Below are positions 1 to 7,855 of a stretch of DNA of 42,069 nucleotides, piece after piece. Both the position numbers and the translations under genes were made by a program. Source of the stretch: an uncultured archaeon (GTDB lineage: Archaea; Asgardarchaeota; Lokiarchaeia; Sigyniarchaeales; SOKP01). The stretch is taken from NCBI GenBank assembly GCA_964447495.1, contig CAYUTF010000016.1, forward strand, positions 11,396 to 53,464. The letters are read 5' to 3'. Position 1 is the stretch's first letter. Every line of letters begins with the position of its first letter. The notes beneath the pieces are model-generated. The model was not told where the DNA came from, did not search any database, and saw only the letters and a program-made list of their open reading frames with translations.

Positions 1-366
1 TTATGATGTAACCATTCTTACAATAACTGGATTTGTCGGTCCAGTAGTACCCGCTGTTCCACCAGATACTACTACAGCAAATGAAAGATTATTAAAAGGT
101 AATCCACTTGGAACAGCTAGAGACATAGTTTGGCTAATCGCTGCCTTAAAAATAAAATCAGGTGCTGTTGTCCCAACAACTGGTGATGCATTGTCATATA
201 TTTTCAAGTAAGCAGGATTATCAGAATTGTTCGTATTATCAATTTCAAGCTGATAAATACTGCCTGCTGCACCAGTTACAGAATTATTAGACGTTTCATC
301 AGCATCATCATTAACTATCAATTTAGTTCCTACTGGTGGAACTTGGTCACTAACGGATAAAGTCAT
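1..366 (-). CDS. hypothetical protein, probably virion-associated (beta-rich, T/S/G/N-rich)
   Basis: Complete 121-aa ORF (TAA at 1-3) with GGAGG upstream of the start; composition resembles phage structural beta-sandwich proteins. Confidence 0.55.
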   Translation of the reverse strand: MTLSVSDQVPPVGTKLIVNDDADETSNNSVTGAAGSIYQLEIDNTNNSDNPAYLKIYDNASPVVGTTAPDFIFKAAISQTMSLAVPSGLPFNNLSFAVVVSGGTAGTTGPTNPVIVRMVTS

Positions 367-396
367 TTATTTCCTCCAAAAATTTTATCTTTCAAA

Positions 397-684
397 TTAT
401 CTACTACTAACATTATACCTATTTATCTCAACAATGTCGTTTAAAACATCTTTAGCAAACTCTATCATCATCATTGCATTTGAACCACTATCTTCAACAG
501 CAGCCATAGTATCTTTCTTGCCTGGAAATTGTTTTTGACGGTCCATAGTTCTTCTTATAATTCCAACTTGTTTTTCTATTCTTTCCAAATTAAAATATAC
601 ATCTTTAACTTTTCTATCAGCTTTTTTTGCATCTTTATACCATTTTGCTTCAATTCTTTCTAATAAATCTTTCATGCAAATCAC
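397..684 (-). CDS. hypothetical protein (possible internal head protein)
   Basis: 95-aa ORF in the operon; likely start MKDLLERIE at 675. Confidence 0.5.
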   Translation of the reverse strand: MICMKDLLERIEAKWYKDAKKADRKVKDVYFNLERIEKQVGIIRRTMDRQKQFPGKKDTMAAVEDSGSNAMMMIEFAKDVLNDIVEINRYNVSSR

Positions 685-685
685 C

Positions 686-1318
686 TTACTTGTCTTTCAA
701 ATTTACAATCACATCTGTAGTAACAGGAATCCAAATTTCTATTTTGCTTGATGGCCATTTACTTCTTGTAGGATCAATCATGGAATCTTCATACCTAATA
801 GATTTAAACATTATATCATCAATTTTATATTTATCTCTATTTTCCCATCCTACAATATGATACAAAAAACTATCTTGGTCTTTCAACCACTTTATTAACG
901 AATCGTTTAAACTTCTAGATTTCTTCTTTGCAATTTCATTAAAAACTTTACCAATAACCTTAATAATTTTAGGTTCAGTACCAATCATATTAAAAAAATA
1001 ATTAGAAGCAAATGAATCAATTGATATCCCTGACCCACCATTAGACCCTGGTGCAAAACGAATACGAGCCGTATATAACTTACCATTATCTATATCTTTT
1101 ATGCTTTCTCTACTAACATATGGGTCATTATTATATCTAAAACCTAAATCTAATGGTTTACCCCATGACGAACCATCAGGTAATATTCCTTTAACAAAAA
1201 AATTAATAGCATATCCATACTCAATGCCTTTTGTTTTAGCATTTTCAATAACAGCACTTTCAGATATAATATCAATTGATTCAGCTAATTCTCTAAGACT
1301 CATCCTATTATCCCTCAA
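686..1318 (-). CDS. hypothetical protein
   Basis: 210-aa ORF tightly coupled to its neighbours; N-terminal MSLRELAESIDIISE. Confidence 0.55.
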   Translation of the reverse strand: MRDNRMSLRELAESIDIISESAVIENAKTKGIEYGYAINFFVKGILPDGSSWGKPLDLGFRYNNDPYVSRESIKDIDNGKLYTARIRFAPGSNGGSGISIDSFASNYFFNMIGTEPKIIKVIGKVFNEIAKKKSRSLNDSLIKWLKDQDSFLYHIVGWENRDKYKIDDIMFKSIRYEDSMIDPTRSKWPSSKIEIWIPVTTDVIVNLKDK

Positions 1319-1923
1319 TTGATAAAATCACCTAAACTAGTCCATCCAGTTAAACCATAATATTCTTTTATAAAATCAATCAATCTTTGACCAGCTTCAT
1401 AAATTGGCTCTGCATCATTTATGCCAGTACTTTTATATTTCTCATTTTCAATAACAGGCTTAATATACTTACCCCAAACTTCTGACAATTTTTCTCCTGC
1501 TTCTGATATACCATTTTTACTAATATCTATATTGGCACTCTCCATCCATTTCTTTAATTCACGCATTCCATCTCTCATGCCATTATTTAAATCCTTAACA
1601 GCATTAGATGTTATCTTCTTTTCTTCTTCACTCAAAGGCTCTTGTAATTGCCAACCAACATAATTCTTAGGTAAAATTTTTTCCTTAGATTCTTCCGAGT
1701 ATGATTCAAAAAGCTCTATTCTGTTCAAAATCATAGACATATCAGATTCTGATTTAGGTGTACAATTATGTTTTGTGCACATATTCTTGTAAATAGTCAT
1801 CACAATAGCATAAAATCTATTCTTGTCTTTTCTTTTCAAATCGGGATATTGTTCTTGAGCTGCTTCTTTAGCTCTCTTCCATATAGCCTCAGACTCTGGT
1901 CCTTTTATAACACCTACTGGCAT
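1315..1923 (-). CDS. hypothetical phage protein
   Basis: Track ORF 1315..1956; the ATG at 1923 (MPVGVIKGPESEAIWKRAK) has a GGAGG SD upstream and is the more likely start. Confidence 0.55.
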   Translation of the reverse strand: MPVGVIKGPESEAIWKRAKEAAQEQYPDLKRKDKNRFYAIVMTIYKNMCTKHNCTPKSESDMSMILNRIELFESYSEESKEKILPKNYVGWQLQEPLSEEEKKITSNAVKDLNNGMRDGMRELKKWMESANIDISKNGISEAGEKLSEVWGKYIKPVIENEKYKSTGINDAEPIYEAGQRLIDFIKEYYGLTGWTSLGDFIN

Positions 1924-1985
1924 TTTAGCCTCCTTTGGTGAAACAACAACTATCAACTATTTGTAACAGACAACTATGGTTATAG

Positions 1986-2372
1986 TCAAATAGAACCTAG
2001 GATACCAGATACAATTGCTTTAACAATGATACCAAGACTGTTGCCAATTTTTCTAAAAAAATCTTTTACATTCTTCTTATCATCAGCTTCCATATTTTGA
2101 ATTGCTGCCAAATAATCAGAACGATCTTTTAAAGAAGCAAATGATAAATCTGGTATTTCACCATCAATAATCTTGTCAACTAATGACTCAATCATCTTAA
2201 TCCCGTCAATACCATGTTTAGCAAGTAAATCACAAGCCATATTTAATATAGCCTTTTGCCATGGCTTATCTGCTTCATTCCTTAGATCATCAAGTGCTTT
2301 TTCAAGCTCAACAACACCAGTAACACCTAATGTTCTAATAATACTTTTTATTAACTCTTCAAATTTATCCAT
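1986..2372 (-). CDS. hypothetical helical protein with hydrophobic C-terminus
   Basis: 128 aa, GGAG SD, ends LGIIVKAIVSGILGSI. Confidence 0.55.
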   Translation of the reverse strand: MDKFEELIKSIIRTLGVTGVVELEKALDDLRNEADKPWQKAILNMACDLLAKHGIDGIKMIESLVDKIIDGEIPDLSFASLKDRSDYLAAIQNMEADDKKNVKDFFRKIGNSLGIIVKAIVSGILGSI

Positions 2373-2392
2373 TTTATTTCTCCATTTTCAAC

Positions 2393-2743
2393 TTACTTGC
2401 ACAACGTATTTACATTAGGAACTACTGGAAGTTCTTCTGATGGCCGTTCTTCTGTCAAGCCACTGTTAAACCTCATCATATTAGTATGATACTTAACTCT
2501 TGCCTCTAATACAAGCACAGTTTCAGCAAGATTTTGACATTCAGCAGTTGTAAATCCTTTTACACCTTCAATTTCTGCACATTCACATGTTTTCGTTATC
2601 AACGCCTTTCCATTTGTTACCACTTCTTCTGATGCAGCATCAAAAAAATCTAATTCCTCTTTGTAAGTAGCTGCATCCCTAACAACTGTTTTGTTGCATC
2701 CAAATAACGACAAAACTAATACCAACAATACAAAAAATTTCAT
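2393..2743 (-). CDS. putative lipoprotein
   Basis: Signal peptide MKFFVLLVLVLS followed by lipobox LFGC; strong SD AGGAGG. Confidence 0.7.
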   Translation of the reverse strand: MKFFVLLVLVLSLFGCNKTVVRDAATYKEELDFFDAASEEVVTNGKALITKTCECAEIEGVKGFTTAECQNLAETVLVLEARVKYHTNMMRFNSGLTEERPSEELPVVPNVNTLCK

Positions 2744-2758
2744 CTCATCCTCCTTCTT

Positions 2759-2774
2759 GCGAACTCGAGTTCGC
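2759..2774. repeat. palindrome copy 1, GCGAACTCGAGTTCGC
   Basis: Perfect 16-bp inverted repeat at the gene junction; core lies 16 nt upstream of the ATG at 2743. Confidence 0.95.
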
Positions 2775-3190
2775 TATTCATTACTTAATATCAAATCCCT
2801 AGGAATAACTTCAATACTTTCTAAAAAACAACCATTACAAGCAGAATCAATATCATTAACAAAATAATTTAACATTTTACAACCTTGTAATAAAAATGAA
2901 AAATTTTCTTTACCACCATCTATATTAATAAAATACAATTTTATATCAAAATTATTACCATTAAAGTATTCTTTAAAAACATAAAATAATGAATTAAAAA
3001 GATTACCTTCTTCATCTTTCTTCATTGCTGATTCAATTATAACATTATTACATATACATCCTCCTTTTTCCATTCCGTGTCCTATGCCAATTCCAGATAT
3101 CCTTGACACACCATATTCCTTACCTGAAATTACCAACACAAATCTACATGATTGTATAAATTCAATTTTTCCTGTTTTCATTTCCCACAT
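2774..3190 (-). CDS. divergent T4 gp19-like tail-tube-fold protein
   Basis: Pattern RFVLVISG..GVSRISG...FDIKLYF...FLLQGCKMLNYFVNDIDS...LESIEV follows the gp19-family layout seen in the two tubes at 28299-29405. Confidence 0.5.
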   Translation of the reverse strand: MWEMKTGKIEFIQSCRFVLVISGKEYGVSRISGIGIGHGMEKGGCICNNVIIESAMKKDEEGNLFNSLFYVFKEYFNGNNFDIKLYFINIDGGKENFSFLLQGCKMLNYFVNDIDSACNGCFLESIEVIPRDLILSNE

Positions 3191-3555
3191 TCATCTGCTT
3201 CTTCACAACTTTTTGCCTTAGCAACACACTCAGGTTCTATAGAAAAATCACCTTCATCCATTATCCTTTCGCAAACATCTTCACAAGCCACATCATCACT
3301 ATTACCAAACTCCTCATCTGGTCCTGGAGACCCCTCAGAGCCATCACAACCCATACTTCTTAAATTATCACACGCTCTCTCACAAGGTGTCTTATCCTTT
3401 CTCTCATCACTATCAAAAGCTTCTGGAACAAGATTAAACGTATCAATGTCACTATCTATTTCTCCAGGTTCTGGAACAATAGGACTTGGCTTACACCAAG
3501 ATACAAACATCATCGAAGCAATAAAAATAAACACTTTCATCCTAAATTCATCCAT
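3178..3555 (-). CDS. Cys-rich acidic secreted protein or lipoprotein
   Basis: Hydrophobic N-terminus ending in Cys (MKVFIFIASMMFVSWC), CxxxC pairs, and a GPDEEFGNSDD acidic loop. Confidence 0.6.
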   Translation of the reverse strand: MDEFRMKVFIFIASMMFVSWCKPSPIVPEPGEIDSDIDTFNLVPEAFDSDERKDKTPCERACDNLRSMGCDGSEGSPGPDEEFGNSDDVACEDVCERIMDEGDFSIEPECVAKAKSCEEADECGK

Positions 3556-4373
3556 CCTTTAATAATAGTAAAATCTCTGCTTTTACTCGATGCAACATAA
3601 TCAGAATCTAACCAACAATAACCATAATCTCTCCAATATTTACCCCAACTATTCATCACCCTAAACTGTATATTACTTGAAACCACTCTATACCCAACAA
3701 TAACCATACAATGATTACCAACAATTACATCTGAAAATTTTGGTTTATAAATTACAGTATCACCAATTGGAGACATAAAAGAATCAGAAATCTGTGTACC
3801 AAAAATCACAGGATAACCATCACAAATTGCTGTCATTATAGCATTAATTCTATATTTACCTGAATCAAAAATAGCAAAATATTCTCCACCTTTCCTAGCA
3901 TCAGCTCTCATCCAAGTATTAAATATAGGTTTTCTGTTAACTTTATTTTTTATAAATGGCCAATCAATCTCATCAGGAACGCCATATTTCATTAATCCTT
4001 TACAACATGTCCTTATATATGTACCATCGTCTTTTAAGGGAATAACATCATGTAAAGCTCTTGAATTCCAATATAAAAACATTCTTGACGGATAAGAATA
4101 TTTATAATTATTTTTTTCATGTTGCTTTTTATTTTCAAGAATTCTTATAGCACCAGCTAATGCATTCCCAACACATGAAGAAGTATTCAATTGGTCAACA
4201 ACTTCTGAATATAATTCAAGAGATGATGTCTCAGGAAAAACGTCACCTTTATTTTTATAATCATAAACAAAATCTCTTTTATCATATGGATTAGGTATAA
4301 ATCCTAATCCTCTTCTCCTCCATAATAATTTTGTAGCAAAAAATTTCTTTATATTACCCATCACTTTTCTCAT
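3537..4373 (-). CDS. papain-like cysteine peptidase, family C1
   Basis: Catalytic motifs DQLNTSSCVGNA (oxyanion Gln, Cys), GNHCMVIVGY (His) and NSWGKYW (Asn); bacterial C1A-type N-terminal GFIPNPYDKRD. Confidence 0.92.
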   Translation of the reverse strand: MRKVMGNIKKFFATKLLWRRRGLGFIPNPYDKRDFVYDYKNKGDVFPETSSLELYSEVVDQLNTSSCVGNALAGAIRILENKKQHEKNNYKYSYPSRMFLYWNSRALHDVIPLKDDGTYIRTCCKGLMKYGVPDEIDWPFIKNKVNRKPIFNTWMRADARKGGEYFAIFDSGKYRINAIMTAICDGYPVIFGTQISDSFMSPIGDTVIYKPKFSDVIVGNHCMVIVGYRVVSSNIQFRVMNSWGKYWRDYGYCWLDSDYVASSKSRDFTIIKGWMNLG

Positions 4374-4581
4374 TTTTCAATATTTTATCTTCCATCAATT
4401 CCAATGCTACAGATATAACAGCACCAGTTTCAATCCCAACTTTTTTGGATATCTCCTGAACTTTATGCCATGTCTCAACAGGGAATAACACCATAACAAT
4501 TCCATCCATACTATCAATATCAATATGCTCTATAACATCTCCTTTTTGTAACTTATTACTATGTTTAGCTTTCATAACCAT
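4354..4581 (-). CDS. hypothetical protein
   Basis: 75-aa ORF overlapping the protease gene start. Confidence 0.45.
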   Translation of the reverse strand: MVMKAKHSNKLQKGDVIEHIDIDSMDGIVMVLFPVETWHKVQEISKKVGIETGAVISVALELMEDKILKNEKSDG

Positions 4582-4594
4582 CTATTTTATACCT

Positions 4595-5383
4595 TCATCT
4601 TACCATCGATGGATCTATACCATTAATTTCTCTACCAGCACTTTTACCAAGTTCTTCATTGTCATCAAAAGAATATTTAGAAGGAGCCTCTTTGAATCCT
4701 TTAAACATAATTCCTTTTGCTGTTTGAACAATTTGTCTCAATGTAATTGATACAGTTGCTCTCCTTGGTGTTCCATCACGAAATGCCAATGTATAAGTAA
4801 CATCGCATCCTGTCATTATACAAAAAATCGCATCACCACCAGCCTCATTTAAACCAAAATTAGGAATATTCAAAATCATTACAGGAGGAGGAAAAGCTAT
4901 TTTTATATTCTCAATACTTTTATATGTTGGATAACAAAAACCTCTTAAAAAATGAACTTGTTCTTTAATATCAACATTATATGGTCTATTATCGCGTTCT
5001 TCTAATCGATTCGAACCAGGATCTGAATATGATAAAAATTGTTCTTTAGCTGACCTAGTTTTTACAGGCATCATAAATCTAGATAATTGAACATCAAAAC
5101 TAATTGTTCTACCATTGTTTGATGTCCATTGAGCAAGAGCATGAGATGCCCCTCCAACATCTCTCAATGACCATCCAATATCAATACTATCCTGTATAGT
5201 TTCTGGCCAATACTGAAGTGCTCTTTCACTAAAATCAAAATCATCTCCTGGATCTATTCCGGCTTTATATATTTTAGATGGGTCAGTTGGATCTACACCA
5301 GCAATTGTTAAAGATGCATACTGACCACCCTCTGGTCCATTCATTATCGCATCTATAATACCAGTAATTAATCCTATCGGCAT
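4595..5383 (-). CDS. contractile injection system tube-like / tube-initiator protein (Afp7/Pvc7-type N-terminal domain)
   Basis: QYWPETI...QWTSNNGRTISFDV...PPPVMIL...MTGCDVTYTLAFRDGTPRRATVSITLRQ matches the CIS-tube family signature. Confidence 0.7.
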   Translation of the reverse strand: MPIGLITGIIDAIMNGPEGGQYASLTIAGVDPTDPSKIYKAGIDPGDDFDFSERALQYWPETIQDSIDIGWSLRDVGGASHALAQWTSNNGRTISFDVQLSRFMMPVKTRSAKEQFLSYSDPGSNRLEERDNRPYNVDIKEQVHFLRGFCYPTYKSIENIKIAFPPPVMILNIPNFGLNEAGGDAIFCIMTGCDVTYTLAFRDGTPRRATVSITLRQIVQTAKGIMFKGFKEAPSKYSFDDNEELGKSAGREINGIDPSMVR

Positions 5384-5386
5384 AAA

Positions 5387-7849
5387 TCACTCCTCAGTTG
5401 TCACCTTAAATGTCCACTTAACATCTCCATATGATGATGCAGACCCAGCAATTGCACGAACAGATACATAAAAAGGAACAATAGGTGGTCCTGGATCTGA
5501 TGGGTCACTAGGAAGAATAATTTCTTCATCTGTAATAACTTCCACCCATGTTTCATTATCTCCAGCAGGTATAGCAGGATTCCAATTTGTTAATTCCCAA
5601 ACAATACCAGTATCCTCACTATATAAACGAAAATCTAAATCAGTATTCAATACTAAAGAATCACTATCTCCACGATATTGAACTGATAATAAAACCCTTG
5701 TATTATCTAAAAATTGCTCTCCAGTTAATGTATGAATAACTGTAGCACCATTTTCAACACCATAAAATTGTTCATGAAAACGCCTGGTAACTTCCCATTG
5801 AATAACTCTAGTATGTATAGGAATAATATCATTTATTTTTGTTTTCAACCTAGTAATTGCATGTTCTATTTTTTCGTATGTATCATAAAAATCATATGCT
5901 TCTTCAATAACATTAATTTGACCACGCATACTACTAGCTCTACAATAACAACAATCAATATTATCAGATAATGGTAAATATCTAACAGCAATATCATCAG
6001 ATACTTGTAAAGGAGAAGAAACACCAACTCCAAATCTAATATCAACAGTCCAGATTCCTATATCCTCTTTTGTATCTGACGATGGAGAAGAAGACCATGT
6101 CCAAGCAGATTCTTCACGGTCTATATAATAATAAATATCATTTACATTTGGAGGTATACCCCATTGTGGACCAACAGCATTATATTCATACACAGATAAT
6201 GCAAACAATTCTGGATTCTGTATTCCATCCAAATTTAATATCATATTAAATGCATCATATTGACATCTACGCATTTCTATTTCATATCTATATCCATTCT
6301 CCCACCTTCTTTCCTCAAGCTCTTCATTACTAATCTGTGTAACAGATTGAATAATTGCAGGCCCACGTAGAACTGCATTAACCTCTGATATTGGAGCATA
6401 ATATCCCTGAGTCACATCTACAGCATATGCCTGCCCTATCGTCATACCATCCCATCTAGATTCATCAATTGCAATTAATATATTATCTACAACCGGTATC
6501 CATGTTGGACTTCCAGAATTATAATCATAGAAAAGCTCATCAGAAGATATATGATCATATCGTATAAATATAGGTCTTACATCAGTATAAAAAGTTGGAC
6601 CTGACCCTATTTCATAAACACTTCCACTTGGCAATTTTGCTGCAAGGTTAGCACTACAAATCTTGTATAAACCTTGCATATAGACTTCAAAAAGACTTAT
6701 TTCTCCTCTAATTCGATATGAATCTTGAGTAGATTTAAGTCCCCAAAATTTTGTTATATTTGCAATAACTGACCTTTGTACTTCTTCTGGATCATTTTCA
6801 TCATTCTTAAATCCATAATCTTGTGCCAAATAATTAATATTTGGGGGTGCATTAAACTTCATAAAATACCCTCTAACTTGATATTTTGCTTTTATGCTTA
6901 ATGCTGTCTGTGATGAAAATTCAGCCAATACAGATAAATCAAAATCTATTTCACCAGATAAATAATTTACATTACCAACAACTGTACTAGTTATTATTCC
7001 ACCACTATCTGACCTAAGAGTACCTATATTTTCATTCATAGGTAAATCATAAAGAATTCTTGTCCCACCACCTTCAAGTGGAATATAAATTCTTAATGTA
7101 GATGCCTCAATTAATGTAGATGGAGGAACAAGGCTTGACCATCTGTTTTCAAGCCTAACTGGTGTAATTGGCAACTGAACCTTTGGTCTTTGTGAACCAT
7201 CTGTTATACCTATATCAACAGTCCCTTGAATAGGGTCATCATCTATCGACCTATCCCATATACGGTCTGTCAAATAATCGAATAATAAGGTTAAATCACC
7301 ACCTTTTACCCATATTTCATTAGCTAACGAATTATACTGGTCGTATATTTCAGGTTGGTCAAAATTCCTAGCACGAACATTTACAACTTCATACTTAGCA
7401 TCATTCCATCTTAATTGCCAAAATCTACCAACATCTGCCAATGGTTCATATGGATACCAAGGAAATTGCTCTAACATTATATCTTCATCAGTACTTGGTG
7501 CTGATGACAAATCAGAACCTGGTAATCTATCTGAATTTTTCTCACCTATTAATCTAATAACATTACCTTTGTCTGCATCATTGTAATTAAATACTTCTGT
7601 TACATAAAACCATCTTACCTTAGTATTTAATGTCCTAACTTCATATGGGTCTCTCTGTTTTGGTAAAATATAAATATTCTCAAGTAAATCCTCACCTAAA
7701 TCCCCCCATGTATTAAGCAACATTTGTAAATAATTATATTGGTCTAAATTCCTCCATTGAGATGGTACATTTAACCAAAATACTTTTCTTCCCCAGTATC
7801 CTTTACCAAAAAAACCGGTTCCACTAGAATAATTCAAAGGTGTTGTCAT
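5387..7849 (-). CDS. baseplate wedge protein with P2 gpI-like motifs
   Basis: 820 aa; YLAQDYGF...EEVQRSVIANITKFWGLKST and INDIIPIHT resemble the gpI / Afp12-type KGT and PAH motifs. Confidence 0.65.
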   Translation of the reverse strand: MTTPLNYSSGTGFFGKGYWGRKVFWLNVPSQWRNLDQYNYLQMLLNTWGDLGEDLLENIYILPKQRDPYEVRTLNTKVRWFYVTEVFNYNDADKGNVIRLIGEKNSDRLPGSDLSSAPSTDEDIMLEQFPWYPYEPLADVGRFWQLRWNDAKYEVVNVRARNFDQPEIYDQYNSLANEIWVKGGDLTLLFDYLTDRIWDRSIDDDPIQGTVDIGITDGSQRPKVQLPITPVRLENRWSSLVPPSTLIEASTLRIYIPLEGGGTRILYDLPMNENIGTLRSDSGGIITSTVVGNVNYLSGEIDFDLSVLAEFSSQTALSIKAKYQVRGYFMKFNAPPNINYLAQDYGFKNDENDPEEVQRSVIANITKFWGLKSTQDSYRIRGEISLFEVYMQGLYKICSANLAAKLPSGSVYEIGSGPTFYTDVRPIFIRYDHISSDELFYDYNSGSPTWIPVVDNILIAIDESRWDGMTIGQAYAVDVTQGYYAPISEVNAVLRGPAIIQSVTQISNEELEERRWENGYRYEIEMRRCQYDAFNMILNLDGIQNPELFALSVYEYNAVGPQWGIPPNVNDIYYYIDREESAWTWSSSPSSDTKEDIGIWTVDIRFGVGVSSPLQVSDDIAVRYLPLSDNIDCCYCRASSMRGQINVIEEAYDFYDTYEKIEHAITRLKTKINDIIPIHTRVIQWEVTRRFHEQFYGVENGATVIHTLTGEQFLDNTRVLLSVQYRGDSDSLVLNTDLDFRLYSEDTGIVWELTNWNPAIPAGDNETWVEVITDEEIILPSDPSDPGPPIVPFYVSVRAIAGSASSYGDVKWTFKVTTEE

Positions 7850-7855
7850 GTTTTA

